From Lentisphaerae bacterium RIFOXYC12_FULL_60_16 (lineage in GTDB: Bacteria; Verrucomicrobiota; Kiritimatiellia; UBA8416; YA12-FULL-60-10), in contig MHBQ01000059.1 in assembly GCA_001803315.1 (NCBI GenBank), positions 17,188 to 81,187 on the forward strand: DNA of 64,000 nucleotides. The letters are read 5' to 3'. Shown here piece by piece: positions 1-14,056 of the stretch. Under the pieces are notes generated by a model. The model was not told where the DNA came from. It did no database searches and was given only the letters and a program-made list of their open reading frames with translations. The translations under genes were made by a program, and so were the position numbers. Numbering within the stretch: the first letter of the stretch is position 1; the number at the start of each line of letters is the position of its first letter.

Positions 1-1986
1 ACCAGCAAGGGCACCAAGATCTTCGCCTTGGCGGGCAAGGTGGCCCATACCGGTCTGGTCGAGGCGCCCATGGGCGTGACGCTCCGCGAACTCGTCTACG
101 GCATCGGGGGTGGTGTGCGCAAAGGCCGCGCCTTCAAGGCCGCCCAGATGGGAGGGCCGTCCGGCGGCTGCGTGCCGGCCCGTTACCTCGATCTGCCCAT
201 CGACTACGAATCGGTCAAGGAAGTCGGGGCGATCATGGGCTCCGGTGGACTGATCATCCTCGACGAGAACACCTGCATGGTGGATATCGCCCGCTACTTC
301 ATGGACTTCTGCGCCAAGGAATCCTGCGGCAAATGCGCTCCGTGCAGGATCGGAACAACCCGGATGCTGGAAATTCTCCAGCGCATATGCGCCGGCGAGG
401 GACAACCCCAGGACGTGGACAAGCTCGAAGCCCTGGCGTACCAGGTGAAAAAGAACTCGCTGTGCGGGCTCGGGCAGACCGCAGCGAACCCGGTGCTGAG
501 CACGCTGCGGCACTTCCGCGAAGAATACATGGAGCATATCGCGCTGAAGCAGTGCCGGGCCTCGGTTTGTTCGGGCCTGATGGAATCGCCCTGCAGTCAC
601 GCGTGCCCGGCCGGCGTCGACGTGCCCGACTACCTGACCTTGGCGGCCGAGGATCGCTACGCCGAGGCCCTCGCCGTCGTCCAAATGCGCAATCCCCTCG
701 CCTCCGTGTGCGGACGGGTCTGCGATCACCCCTGCGAACACCGTTGCCGCCGGGGCGACATGGACGAACCGCTGGGCATCCGCGACATTAAACGGTTCGT
801 CACGGACACCGTGGCGGCGCCGTGGCGTCCCCCCGAACCATGGTCCGAGCGTGAGACGCAACGGCGGGTGGCCGTGATCGGCGCGGGACCCGCCGGTTTG
901 AGTTGCGCGTACTTCCTGCGCTTCTTCGGCCATCGCGTCACCATCTTCGAATCGCTGCCCGAACCCGGCGGCATGTTGCGGGTGGGCATTCCCGCGTACC
1001 GCCTGCCGGTCGAGCGCCTGAAACTGGACATCGACTTCATCCTGTCCACGGGGGTCGAGTTGAAACTGAATGCGCCCGTGGAAAATCTCGATGCCCTCTT
1101 CGACGCCGGATATGAGGCCGTCTTTCTCGGCGTCGGCGCGCATGAGAGCGCCCCGTTGAAGGGCATCGACACCGCCGCGCCAGGCGTTCTTGACGGCGTC
1201 CGGTTTTTGCGGGACGTCACGTTCGGCAAGGTGTCCGGACCCCTCGGCCGCACGGCCGTCATCGGCGGCGGCAACGTGGCGATCGACGCCGCGCGCAGCG
1301 CGCTCCGTCTGGGCGCCGAGGTGACCGTCGTCTACCGGCGGACCCGCGCCGAGATGCCCGCCTATCCGGAAGAAATCGAAGCCGCCGAACACGAGGGCAT
1401 CGCGCTCGTGTTTCTGGCGCAGCCCACGGGGGTCGTGGACGACCACGGGCGCGTGACGGCGCTCCGCTGCGTGCGCATGGAACCGGGCGCCGCCGATGCC
1501 TCCGGCCGCCGACAACCGGTTGCCCGGACGGATTCGGCGTTCCAAATCCCGTGCGATACCGTTATCAGCGCCGTCGGCCAAAAGGTCGCGGCACGGGACG
1601 CGTGGGGACTGCGGCTGACCCCGCACGGAACTTACGAGACAGATCCTGCCGCACTGGCCACGTCCCGCGATCGGGTGTTCGCCGGCGGAGACTGCGTGCG
1701 GGGCCCCTCGTCCGTCGTCCAGGCCATCGGTGACGGCCAGCGCGCGGCCGGGTCCATCGACAAACTGTTCGGAGGAACCGGCAAACTCCCCGACAACCTG
1801 AAACTTTCACGAAGCCGGTACGCCGCCCAAAGCGAGGAGCCGGCAACGCGCCCCAGGCCGCCCCTGGCGGCGTTGGCGGGAAGGACGGCCTCGTTCGACG
1901 AAGTCGTGGCCACGCTTGGCGATGGAGCGGCGCGCTGCGAAGCCCGGCGTTGCTTGCGGTGCGATTTAGAGAAAACCTGTCAATAA
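1..1986 (+). CDS. 5'-truncated NuoF-like (51 kDa flavoprotein, 4Fe-4S C-terminus) fused to a GltD/NfnB-like FAD/NAD(P) oxidoreductase domain; probable diaphorase subunit of the formate dehydrogenase
   Basis: The reading frame is open from base 1 ([14 protein letters not shown]...), and the reported TTG at 28 is internal. The NuoF C-terminal motifs [10 protein letters not shown] and [12 protein letters not shown] are present. These are followed by the GltD-type Cys cluster ([10 protein letters not shown]...[12 protein letters not shown]) and the dinucleotide-binding motif [14 protein letters not shown]. It is a paralog of the C-terminal half of the NuoEF gene at 25855-28188. Confidence 0.8.
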   Translation, partial: TSKGTKIFALAGKVAHTGLVEAPMGVTLRELVYGIGGGVRKGRAFKAAQMGGPSGGCVPARYLDLPIDYESVKEVGAIMGSGGLIILDENTCMVDIARYFMDFCAKESCGKCAPCRIGTTRMLEILQRICAGEGQPQDVDKLEALAYQVKKNSLCGLGQTAANPVLSTLRHFREEYMEHIALKQCRASVCSGLMESPCSHACPAGVDVPDYLTLAAEDRYAEALAVVQMRNPLASVCGRVCDHPCEHRCRRGDMDEPLGIRDIKRFVTDTVAAPWRPPEPWSERETQRRVAVIGAGPAGLSCAYFLRFFGHRVTIFESLPEPGGMLRVGIPAYRLPVERLKLDIDFILSTGVELKLNAPVENLDALFDAGYEAVFLGVGAHESAPLKGIDTAAPGVLDGVRFLRDVTFGKVSGPLGRTAVIGGGNVAIDAARSALRLGAEVTVVYRRTRAEMPAYPEEIEAAEHEGIALVFLAQPTGVVDDHGRVTALRCVRMEPGAADASGRRQPVARTDSAFQIPCDTVISAVGQKVAARDAWGLRLTPHGTYETDPAALATSRDRVFAGGDCVRGPSSVVQAIGDGQRAAGSIDKLFGGTGKLPDNLKLSRSRYAAQSEEPATRPRPPLAALAGRTASFDEVVATLGDGAARCEARRCLRCDLEKTCQ

Positions 1987-2010
1987 CCATGGCGGGGAGG
2001 AGAACAAGGC

Positions 2011-4746
2011 ATGGTCCGCTTGACCCTTGACGGCCGCACGATCGAAGCACGGTCCGGCCAGACGATTCTCGAGGCCGCGTTGGCCAACGGCATGGACATC
2101 CCCCGTCTCTGTCACGACCCGCGGCTGATACCGAGCGGGGCCTGCCGCCTTTGCCAGGTTCACGTGGGCGGCACGGAACGCGAACCGGTCCTGGCTTGTT
2201 GCACCGCCGTGACGGAAGGGGCAACGGTCGTGACCGAATCCCCCGAACTGGCTTCCCGCCGCCGGGCGATTCTGGAACTGCTGCTGAGCGAACACCGGAT
2301 GTCCTGCGCCACCTGCGATGCGGACGGCGACTGCGCGCTGCAGGATCTCGCCTATCGCTACGGGGCCACCGAATGGGCCTACGGGACGTTTCAGCACACC
2401 GAACCGGCGATTCTCAACTACACCTCGGAAAACCGCGGGATCGAGTATGACGTTGAAAAGTGCATTCGCTGCGGCCGCTGCGTGCGCTTTTGCGACGAGG
2501 TGCAGGGCGCGTGCGCCCTGACCTTCGACGGGCGGGGCATCACCATGAAGGTGAACACGGCCCACGGCCGGGCGTTGCACCAGTCCGACTGCGAACTGTG
2601 CGGCGGTTGCATACGCCTCTGCCCCACGGGCGCCATGCGCGAAAAGACCGCCCGGGGAATGGGACGGCTCAAGGACCTGACCAAAGTGCAGACCACCTGC
2701 ACGTATTGCGGGGTCGGTTGCACGTTCGAGCTCAACGTCAATCCGCGCCTCAACCGTGTCGTGCGGGTCACCACGCAGCCGGGCATGGGCATCAACGATG
2801 GAAATCTCTGCGTGAAGGGACATTTCGCCTTCGACTTCATCCATTCGCCGGAGCGGCTCCGGAAGCCGTTGATTCGCGAGCACGGCGCCTTCCGCGAGGC
2901 ATCCTGGGAGGAGGCCATCGAAAAGGCGGGACGGGCACTGGTCGCCGCCCGCGACCGGTACGGTCCGGAAGGCCTGGCGTTCCTGAGTTCCTCGCGCTGC
3001 ACGAACGAGGAAAACTACCTCATGCAGAAGCTGGCGCGCGCCGCGGGAAGAACCAACAATATCGACCAGTGCGCCACCACCTGCCACGCGCCGACCGTCG
3101 CCGGACTGGCACTCTCCCTCGGTTCCGGCGCGATGACCAACTCGATCAGCGAGATCAAGCACGTGCAGACCCTTTTCGTCATCGGCGCCAATCCAACCGA
3201 AGCGCATCCCATCGTCGGCCTGGAGATGAAGAAGGCCATGCGCAACGGGGCCCGGTTGATCGTTTGCGATCCGCGGGATACCTGGATGGCGAAGCATGCG
3301 CACCTCCACATCAAGCACCGGCACGGCACGGACAACATGCTCATCAACGCGATGATGCATCACATCCTGGCCCGGGGCCTTCACGACCGCCCGTTCGTCG
3401 CGGACCGTTGCGAGCAGTTCGAGGCGCTGCGCGAGAACGTCAGGTCCTACACCCCCGAGTTGGCGGCCGAGGTCTGCGGCGTCGAGGCCGGCCTGATCCG
3501 CCGCGCGGCCGAGTGGTATGCCGCCGGAACGCCATCGGCGATTTTCTACACCCTGGGCATCACGGAGCACACGTGCGGAACCGAGAATGTCCAGAACCTT
3601 GCCAACCTCGCCATGCTGTGCGGTCAGATCGGCAAGGAGTCATCGGGCATCAACCCCATCCGGGGGCAGAACAACGTCCAGGGCGCCTGCGACGTGGGCG
3701 CGATCCATTCCGTCCTGCCCGGTTACCAGAAAGTCGCCGACGCGGCGGTCCGGGCCGCGTTCGCCAAGGCCTGGGGCGTCGAATTGCCGACCCATCCCGG
3801 CGGCCGCGTAACCGACTTTCTCGAGAAGGCCGGCGAAGGAGTCCTCAAGGCTTTCTACGTCTTCGGAGAGGATCCCGTCCTCAGCGAGCCGAACCAGGCC
3901 CGGGTCGTCGAGAACCTGAAAAAGCTCGATTTCCTGGTCGTCCAGGAAATCTTCATGAGCGAGACGGCCATGCTCGCCGACGTCGTTCTTCCCGCGACCT
4001 GCTTCGCCGAGAAGGACGGCACGTTCACGAACACCGAGCGCCGCGTGCAGCGGGTGCGCAAGGCCGTCGAACCGCCCGGCGAGGCGCGTCAGGACTGGCG
4101 AATCCTGTGCGACATGTCCACCGCGATGGGGTATCCCATGTCCTACGGTCACCCGTCGGAGATCTGGGACGAACTGGCGTCGCTCACGCCCAGCCTGGCG
4201 GGCATCTCGTACACACGAATTGATAAGATGGGACTGCAATGGCCTTGCCCGACGCCGGATCATCCCGGCACCGCGTTCCTGCACCAGGGGCGATTCACGC
4301 GCGGCAAGGGACTGATGCACGCGATCGCGTTCCGGCCGCCCGCCGAGCAGCCCGACGCCGACTATCCCTTCGTGCTCTCCACGGGACGGACGCTCTATCA
4401 CTACAATATCGGAAACATGACGCGCAAAACCGCGCCCATCGCGCAGAAGCAAAACGCGAATTTCGTGGAAATGCACGATGCCGACGCGGAACGCCTGGGC
4501 ATCGTCGACGGCGGCGCCGTGCGCGTCACCACGCGGCGCGGTTCGATTTCCGTCCGCGCGCGCGTCAGCGGCAAAGTGCGCCCCGGTGCCCTGTGGATGC
4601 CGTTCCACTTCGCCGAGTCCTCGACCAACCGCCTGACCCACGACGCCTTCGACAACATCACGCGCACGGCCGAGTACAAATGCTGCGCCGCGACCATCGA
4701 ACCCGACGGACATCCGGATGCCCCAACCGGAGAACCCCCGCGGTGA
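2011..4746 (+). CDS. fdhA: Formate dehydrogenase catalytic (alpha) subunit, molybdopterin oxidoreductase, NuoG-like N-terminus, cysteine (non-Sec) type
   Basis: The N-terminus carries a 2Fe-2S ferredoxin domain (CHDPRLIPSGACRLCQV) and the 4Fe-4S motifs. The MopB motif TCTYCGVGC is present. The active-site region reads QCATTCHAPTV, with Cys at the SeCys position. It has no Tat signal. An RBS GGAGGAG precedes the ATG. Confidence 0.9.
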   Translation: MVRLTLDGRTIEARSGQTILEAALANGMDIPRLCHDPRLIPSGACRLCQVHVGGTEREPVLACCTAVTEGATVVTESPELASRRRAILELLLSEHRMSCATCDADGDCALQDLAYRYGATEWAYGTFQHTEPAILNYTSENRGIEYDVEKCIRCGRCVRFCDEVQGACALTFDGRGITMKVNTAHGRALHQSDCELCGGCIRLCPTGAMREKTARGMGRLKDLTKVQTTCTYCGVGCTFELNVNPRLNRVVRVTTQPGMGINDGNLCVKGHFAFDFIHSPERLRKPLIREHGAFREASWEEAIEKAGRALVAARDRYGPEGLAFLSSSRCTNEENYLMQKLARAAGRTNNIDQCATTCHAPTVAGLALSLGSGAMTNSISEIKHVQTLFVIGANPTEAHPIVGLEMKKAMRNGARLIVCDPRDTWMAKHAHLHIKHRHGTDNMLINAMMHHILARGLHDRPFVADRCEQFEALRENVRSYTPELAAEVCGVEAGLIRRAAEWYAAGTPSAIFYTLGITEHTCGTENVQNLANLAMLCGQIGKESSGINPIRGQNNVQGACDVGAIHSVLPGYQKVADAAVRAAFAKAWGVELPTHPGGRVTDFLEKAGEGVLKAFYVFGEDPVLSEPNQARVVENLKKLDFLVVQEIFMSETAMLADVVLPATCFAEKDGTFTNTERRVQRVRKAVEPPGEARQDWRILCDMSTAMGYPMSYGHPSEIWDELASLTPSLAGISYTRIDKMGLQWPCPTPDHPGTAFLHQGRFTRGKGLMHAIAFRPPAEQPDADYPFVLSTGRTLYHYNIGNMTRKTAPIAQKQNANFVEMHDADAERLGIVDGGAVRVTTRRGSISVRARVSGKVRPGALWMPFHFAESSTNRLTHDAFDNITRTAEYKCCAATIEPDGHPDAPTGEPPR

Positions 4747-5204
4747 ACGCCAACACCCCCACCGGAATGGATGCCGTGCTCGACCGCGCGATCGCCAACG
4801 AGGAATCCGCCGCCGCCTTCTACCGGCAGGCAGCCTCCCGCGTGACCGATGCGCTCACACGCGAGGCGCTCGAAGGCTTGATGCGCGATGAGGTCGAGCA
4901 CAAGCGTCTGATCGAGGAATTCCGAAACGGCGCGCGCCCCCTCCCCGAAGAACGCACATCGGGCGGCTCGCTCCTGGAGTACTTCGGGGCGCCGGATTTC
5001 ACACCGGATCTGTCGCCCGCCGAAGCCTTCCTCCTGGCCGCCAGGAAGGAACAGCTCGCCGTGGAGTTCTACGAGCACTGGGCGGACCTCTATCCCGCCG
5101 GGCCGGAGCGGGAATTGCTCCTGCGCCTTGCGGAGGTCGAACGCCGCCACAAGGTTAAGGTGGAATACCTCTATGTCAACACCGCGTTCCCAGAGGCATG
5201 GTGA
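4743..5204 (+). CDS. Rubrerythrin/ferritin-like diiron four-helix-bundle protein
   Basis: Two ExxH motifs are present (EVEH, EVERRH) with a helical repeat pattern. A GTG start at 4743 has GGAGAA upstream; ATG 4767 is the alternative. Confidence 0.5.
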   Translation: MNANTPTGMDAVLDRAIANEESAAAFYRQAASRVTDALTREALEGLMRDEVEHKRLIEEFRNGARPLPEERTSGGSLLEYFGAPDFTPDLSPAEAFLLAARKEQLAVEFYEHWADLYPAGPERELLLRLAEVERRHKVKVEYLYVNTAFPEAW

Positions 5205-6285
5205 AGTGAACGCCCCTTGCCCAGCCGCCACGGTTGCTTTCGCGGAGACGGATGTTGTCCAATACCAATGTAATGGCGGCCGGTGCGAGAGTCTGTACCG
5301 GCGCGACGCCGTGGTCCCGGAATCGCCCCTCCGCATCGAGGCGGACAACGCCACCTATACGCTCATGCGCACGCCGGGGGCGGACCGCGAACTGGTCGTC
5401 GGATTCCTCTTCACCGAGGGGATCATCGAGCGGCCGGACGATATCCTGCTGCTGCGCGAGTGTCCGGAATCCCCTGACGTCATCACCGTGAAAACCTCCG
5501 ATGCCAGGGAAAAGCCCCGCCGGACGCTGACGATCACCTCGTCGTGCGGACTGTGCGGCAGGGACGACATCGAAACGATGGTGGAGGCCCTGGGCCGCGT
5601 CGAGAGTCCCTTTCAAGTCTCCCTGGCGACCGTGTACCGGATGCCCGCGACGGTCCGGGCGATGCAACCCTTGTTCGACGCGACCGGCGGCGCGCATGCC
5701 GCGGCCCTGTTCGACGCGGACGGCAAGGTCCCCCAGGTCATGGAAGACGTGGGCCGGCACAATGCGCTGGACAAGCTGATCGGACAGGCGCTCTTGCGGG
5801 GAATCTCCCTCAACGACCGCGGGGCGTTTCTATCCGGGCGAACCAGCCTGGAACTGATCGCAAAAGCAGCCAGGGCCCGCATTCCCGTCGTCGCAGCGGT
5901 GGGCGCTCCCACCACCGCCGCAGTCGACGCGGCCGAGCGGCTCGGCATCACCCTGCTCGGGTTCTTGCGGGACGAGCGGGTTTCCGTGTATACGCACGGA
6001 TGGCGGATCATGGCGTCGAACCTGCGGGCTCGCGCCGAGGGGCCGCTCCGCACAGCGGTCGAAATCGCGAACGGAGGAACCGACATGTGCCAAATGCGCA
6101 TCGTGCTGAAGGAAAACGACCATGAGGAGGTTGTTCTGGAAAACGCGGCCTGCCTCAAGGTGACCGACGCGGGCATCCTGGTCAACGCTTTGTTCGAGCA
6201 ACCGAAACTCGTCCCGGGCGTGACCCTTGCCGGCATCGATTTTCTAAGCAGCACGGTTACCTTGACCAAAGCAGGAACCCCCTGA
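5173..6285 (+). CDS. fdhD: Formate dehydrogenase accessory sulfurtransferase FdhD with an in-frame C-terminal CooT-like nickel-chaperone domain (6085-6285)
   Basis: The FdhD core covers residues ~1-300 (GRHNALDKLIG, C-terminal VYTHGW). A ~20-aa linker follows. The tail MCQMRIVLKENDHEEVVLENAA...DFLSSTVTL matches the CooT family (MC at the N-terminus, ~66 aa). An internal RBS GGAGGAA lies 5 nt before ATG 6085. No stop codon separates the two parts. Confidence 0.75.
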   Translation: MSTPRSQRHGEVNAPCPAATVAFAETDVVQYQCNGGRCESLYRRDAVVPESPLRIEADNATYTLMRTPGADRELVVGFLFTEGIIERPDDILLLRECPESPDVITVKTSDAREKPRRTLTITSSCGLCGRDDIETMVEALGRVESPFQVSLATVYRMPATVRAMQPLFDATGGAHAAALFDADGKVPQVMEDVGRHNALDKLIGQALLRGISLNDRGAFLSGRTSLELIAKAARARIPVVAAVGAPTTAAVDAAERLGITLLGFLRDERVSVYTHGWRIMASNLRARAEGPLRTAVEIANGGTDMCQMRIVLKENDHEEVVLENAACLKVTDAGILVNALFEQPKLVPGVTLAGIDFLSSTVTLTKAGTP

Positions 6286-6286
6286 C

Positions 6287-6577
6287 ATGGAACCCACGAC
6301 GATCATCGACAAATTACGGATTCTTCTGCCGCACTGGATCACGCACAACCGCAATCATGAGGCGGAGTTCGGAAAATGGGCCGCCTTGGCCCGGACGGAG
6401 GGAGCGGAGAACCTGGCGACGCTCCTTGACAAGGCCGCCGCCGCCATGGTCGCCACCGACACGATCCTGAAACAAGTCGGGCAGGCGGTCGGCGCACCCG
6501 GGGAAATTCAAGGCCACGCGCATCGCCACGATCATGAACCGGGAACCGCTTCGCCGGACCATGGACATGCAGGCTGA
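6287..6577 (+). CDS. Small hypothetical protein with His-rich C-terminus (possible metallochaperone)
   Basis: The ORF starts 1 nt after the fdhD/cooT stop. The C-terminus reads GHAHRHDHEPGTASPDHGHAG. Confidence 0.4.
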   Translation: MEPTTIIDKLRILLPHWITHNRNHEAEFGKWAALARTEGAENLATLLDKAAAAMVATDTILKQVGQAVGAPGEIQGHAHRHDHEPGTASPDHGHAG

Positions 6578-7181
6578 AGATCACGCCTGGAACTTGCTGG
6601 CCGGACTCGACCCTGGCGACGTCTGCGTCCGATCGCTTTCGACCTTCGATCCATCGGCAGGAACCTACGCCGTCAGCGTTTTTGACATGCCCGTCACTGT
6701 CGCGCCCGCGGCCCGGACGGTCAGCGGGACACGTCCGGACAGCGAATTAATCCTGAAGCGCATGGCGTATTTCTCGCGCCTTTCCATCCTGCACTATCTG
6801 ATCGCGGCACAGGATTTTCCCCTGGCAGGCCGGCTGGTCGGACCCGCCGATCTCATGGCCGGCGGGGAATTCTACACGGCCGGTTCCCACCGGTTGCCGC
6901 TCCATGCCGTGGCGGCCGGTTATGCCCGGGATGCAAAGGAGTTCCTCATGCGTGGCATCCGGTTCGGCGGGAAGCCCCGACCCCACGGCGACGCGGCCGT
7001 GGAGCTTCTTCCGTTCCCGCGCCTGCCCGTCACGATCATCCTCTGGCTTGAAAACGACGAGTTTACGGCCCGCGCCGACTTGCTCTTCGACGCCACCTGC
7101 GAGCGCCAGGTCCCCCCGGACATCCTCTGGTCGATCGCCATGTTGTGCCTCGGGGTGATGCGGCCGTCACCCGCCGGGTGA
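6561..7181 (+). CDS. DUF3786-like protein
   Basis: The sequence pattern (…ILHYLIAAQDFPLAGRLVGPADLMAGGEFY…ILWLENDEF…) is typical of DUF3786 proteins found in CODH/ACS neighbourhoods. The start is uncertain (6534/6561/6567). Confidence 0.5.
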   Translation: MDMQAEDHAWNLLAGLDPGDVCVRSLSTFDPSAGTYAVSVFDMPVTVAPAARTVSGTRPDSELILKRMAYFSRLSILHYLIAAQDFPLAGRLVGPADLMAGGEFYTAGSHRLPLHAVAAGYARDAKEFLMRGIRFGGKPRPHGDAAVELLPFPRLPVTIILWLENDEFTARADLLFDATCERQVPPDILWSIAMLCLGVMRPSPAG

Positions 7182-7201
7182 GGATCCGCCCGGTCGCCGC
7201 C

Positions 7202-7486
7202 TCACACCCGGGGCTGCAGGCCATCGGCCAGCACGGTTACCTTCGACCCGGTCACGTGAAGAAATCCGCCGGTGATAGCGCAAGCGGTTTTGTCCTTCCC
7301 GGTGGCTTGACGGACCACCAGGGGGCCCGGAGCGAGGATGGAAAGCAACGGCTCGTGCCGCGGCAGGATCTCGACCTCTCCGCCGGAAGTCCGTACCAGC
7401 AAGCTGGCGCAGCGCCCGGAGAAGATCGTCGCATCGGGACTCAATATGTCCAGGGCGAATGACTCGGATTCATCGGTGACTGCCAC
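7202..7486 (-). CDS. atpC: F1Fo ATP synthase epsilon subunit, beta-sandwich domain only (94 aa; C-terminal helical hairpin absent)
   Basis: The N-terminal domain is epsilon-like (LDILSPDATIFSG...VEILPRHEPLLS...GGFLHV) and the ORF stops after ~94 aa. No helical continuation is found in any frame downstream. Confidence 0.8.
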   Translation of the reverse strand: MAVTDESESFALDILSPDATIFSGRCASLLVRTSGGEVEILPRHEPLLSILAPGPLVVRQATGKDKTACAITGGFLHVTGSKVTVLADGLQPRV

Positions 7487-7519
7487 GGGTTTCTCCTTCT
7501 TTCACGGTTCCGCGGATCG

Positions 7520-9920
<2,401 letters not shown>

Positions 9921-9959
9921 TGCGTATTCTCCCGGCGCGGCTCGCGCGCCCGTGCGCCG

Positions 9960-11639
<1,680 letters not shown>

Positions 11640-11653
11640 GCTATCGCTCCTTA

Positions 11654-12211
11654 TTACGTCATCAAGCGCGTCCCCAGCCGCTCGAGCATGCCCAGGGCGG
11701 AACCGTCATACAGACGGCCGTCGACCTGGATCCGCACGCCGCACAGCAATCGTGGATTCACATGCGCAACCAATTGAATGGGCGTTGCCAGGGCACGGCA
11801 CAGGGCATCCCGGATGCGGTGGCACTGCTCGTCCGACATCGCGTGGGCGGATTCCGCTTCGGCAACGAGCATGTTGAATTGCCGGGCGGTCCGCTCGCGG
11901 AGGTGTACCGCGATCCGGTAAACCAGGCCGATACGCCGGCGCTGCGTGAGATATTCCAGGAAGCGGACGGTCAATGCGCCGAGCGCGAGCCGTCCGGCCA
12001 GCAGTTGCAGGAAGCCCCGCTTCTCGTCCGCCGTCAGGTGCGGGGCCCGCAGAATCTCCATGAGTTCCGGAATGCAGAGCCCGCGGCGTCCGGGAACGAG
12101 ATACTCCGCCGCGAGCAGCAGTTCCGCGCTGGCCGCCTCCAGGTTGCCGCGGCCGGACGCCACCGTGCAAAATGCCCGCGCATACCGCGCGGCGACGATT
12201 TCCTTAATCAT
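11654..12211 (-). CDS. atpH: F1 ATP synthase delta (OSCP) subunit
   Basis: 185 aa OSCP-like protein. It overlaps the atpF stop by 8 nt. Confidence 0.8.
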   Translation of the reverse strand: MIKEIVAARYARAFCTVASGRGNLEAASAELLLAAEYLVPGRRGLCIPELMEILRAPHLTADEKRGFLQLLAGRLALGALTVRFLEYLTQRRRIGLVYRIAVHLRERTARQFNMLVAEAESAHAMSDEQCHRIRDALCRALATPIQLVAHVNPRLLCGVRIQVDGRLYDGSALGMLERLGTRLMT

Positions 12212-13091
12212 GGCGATCCATGCCCTCCAGTTGACGGACGAAGGCGCGGATCATACGGTCCTGCGCTTCGCCCTCCATGCCCGCCGCAAAACGGACGCGG
12301 GCCTGCTCCAGCACGCGCCGGACGACGGCTGCCCGCAATTGGGCGGCGGCCGCCTTCTCATCCGCCTCCAGATGGCGCCGCATCGCGACGGTCATCTTTT
12401 CGGCTTCGCACTTCGCCGCCTCGACGAGATATTCCCGCTCGGCCCCGGCATCCCGCGCGGCCTGCTCCATGGCCTGGACGCTTTCCGCCTCGAGTTGCGC
12501 CATAAGTTCGCGTTCCCTGCCCTGCAGCGCCGCCGCCTCGATTTGGGCGGCGCGCGCCGCCGCCAGGCGTTCGCGAACCGCGTTCGAACACGCCCGGAGA
12601 AAGGCGGGCAACGGATCGCCGAGCAAGGTATACAGCAACAGGGCCAGGCCGGCGAAGTTGAACAGGCCGAGGATCGACCGCCACGGCAGCCCGTGGAACG
12701 CGTCGGTCTTGTAGAGCGCGATGAACAGGGATGGCGCCGCGGGGCCTTTCTCCGCCCGCCGCCAGGCGTCGCCCTCCCGCGTGAAACCGCCCGCCAGGGT
12801 GGCGCCGGACTGCAGTCCCCGCAGCGTCGCGGGGCTCACGGCCTCCCCGGCATCGATTTCCAGCGGCTTGCCGTTTAACTCCACGTACAGTTCCCGCCAT
12901 AACCGGCGGCCCTCCGTCAACGCGTCCAGGCGCATGAATTCGGCGCCGGTCAAGCCGTGCGCGACGTAGGCGACGATGAGGCAGGCATACGCCGCCATCC
13001 AGATTTTCGCCAGGCGCTTGCCGTGCCGTTTCGCCGCTCCCGCCGGGATCGCCGCGCCTTGCAACTCCACCTGTGTCTCGGGCTGGTTCAT
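12204..13091 (-). CDS. atpF: Fo ATP synthase b subunit with ~120-aa N-terminal extension carrying an extra TM helix
   Basis: The C-terminal ~170 aa form the b-type TM helix (LGLFNFAGLALLLYTLL) plus an A/E/R-rich coiled coil. The ATG overlaps the upstream stop (ATGA), so the extension is translated. The extension contains the TM helix IWMAAYACLIVAYVAHGL. Confidence 0.7.
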   Translation of the reverse strand: MNQPETQVELQGAAIPAGAAKRHGKRLAKIWMAAYACLIVAYVAHGLTGAEFMRLDALTEGRRLWRELYVELNGKPLEIDAGEAVSPATLRGLQSGATLAGGFTREGDAWRRAEKGPAAPSLFIALYKTDAFHGLPWRSILGLFNFAGLALLLYTLLGDPLPAFLRACSNAVRERLAAARAAQIEAAALQGRERELMAQLEAESVQAMEQAARDAGAEREYLVEAAKCEAEKMTVAMRRHLEADEKAAAAQLRAAVVRRVLEQARVRFAAGMEGEAQDRMIRAFVRQLEGMDRHD

Positions 13092-14056
13092 CGGTTATCG
13101 TCCCGTCCGGTATCGCGCCCGCCGGACTCGCCGTTGGCGCCTGTCATGATTTCCACGAGCCGTTCGGCCAGCAGGGGCACCTGGGGCTCCAGGTTCTCGC
13201 CGGCTTCGCGAACGGCGAGGTGAAGGCCCGCGCCGGCATCCTCGCGCGCGCGCCGCAAATGGGTCTGGGAATGCCGCAGGATCCGGTTCGCCTCGGTCAT
13301 CGCGTCGCGCTTGGCGGCGGCCACCTTCCGCTGGTACGCGTCACGGGTTTGCCGCCGCTTCCCCAACTGTTCGGCTTCGATCCGTTCGCCATGCCGGGCG
13401 TTTTCGACCGCCACCTGCTCCCCCTCCGCCAACTCCCTCCGCCGGGCGTCCAACAAGGCTGTCACGGGTTCCCAGAACAGCTCCGTCAGCGTGAGCGTCA
13501 TGCCGACGAAGATGAGGATGACCATGAAAACGGTGGCATTGAACCCGACCACACTGCCGGAACCGATCACCGGGATGTGCGTGATCCCGGCCGCCAGGCA
13601 GCGGTCCAGGAGGTCCTCCGTGACCTTGTCCCCCGCCGCGCCGACGAGCGGGGCGTCGGCGGCCGGCGCCACGTGGTTGCGCAGGCGCAGGTCACGCCCG
13701 GCGAACGCGCGCAGCGGGGCCGGATCACGGACCTTGATCCGCCGCACGCCGGCGAGCGCCAGCCGTTCATAGTCCCGAGCATTGAGCACGCGCGTGACAT
13801 CCATCCGTTCGCCGCCGCCCAGTTCCACGGGCTCCGCCGGATGCAAGCGCCGATTCTCCAGCGCGTTCAGCCGCTGGTGCCGCTTGGACGCGTACGTCGG
13901 GCTCTCCCACTGTGTCACGGTGGCCCCGCCCAAAATGGCCAGCGTCTCGAACCGGTGACCGGGAACGGCGAAGACCGCCTGCCGCTTGAACGCCAGCACG
14001 CAGTACACCGCGAAAACGGCCAGAATACCAACGATGCAAATCCGACGTCGCACCAC
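13088..14056 (-). CDS. atpF: Fo ATP synthase b'-like subunit with ~190-aa N-terminal extension (extra TM helix plus soluble domain)
   Basis: The C-terminal ~145 aa form a b-type TM helix (FMVILIFVGMTLTLTELF) plus coiled coil. The N-terminal part has the TM helix ICIVGILAVFAVYCVLAF and a ~150-aa domain. A strong RBS AAAGGAG precedes the GTG at 14056/14053. The ATG at 14092 lies inside a stem-loop. Confidence 0.6.
   Translation of the reverse strand: MVRRRICIVGILAVFAVYCVLAFKRQAVFAVPGHRFETLAILGGATVTQWESPTYASKRHQRLNALENRRLHPAEPVELGGGERMDVTRVLNARDYERLALAGVRRIKVRDPAPLRAFAGRDLRLRNHVAPAADAPLVGAAGDKVTEDLLDRCLAAGITHIPVIGSGSVVGFNATVFMVILIFVGMTLTLTELFWEPVTALLDARRRELAEGEQVAVENARHGERIEAEQLGKRRQTRDAYQRKVAAAKRDAMTEANRILRHSQTHLRRAREDAGAGLHLAVREAGENLEPQVPLLAERLVEIMTGANGESGGRDTGRDDNR

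Noticed and set aside
2460-4223. 587-aa ORF in an alternate frame inside fdhA
   Set aside because: Arg/Pro/Gly-rich low-complexity translation typical of off-frame reading in high-GC DNA. The overlapping frame has clear FdhA homology.
7176-7208. Imperfect hairpin spanning the convergent stops of the DUF3786 gene and atpC
   Set aside because: The stem is short and bulged, the loop is 15 nt and there is no U-tract. It is too weak to call a bidirectional terminator.
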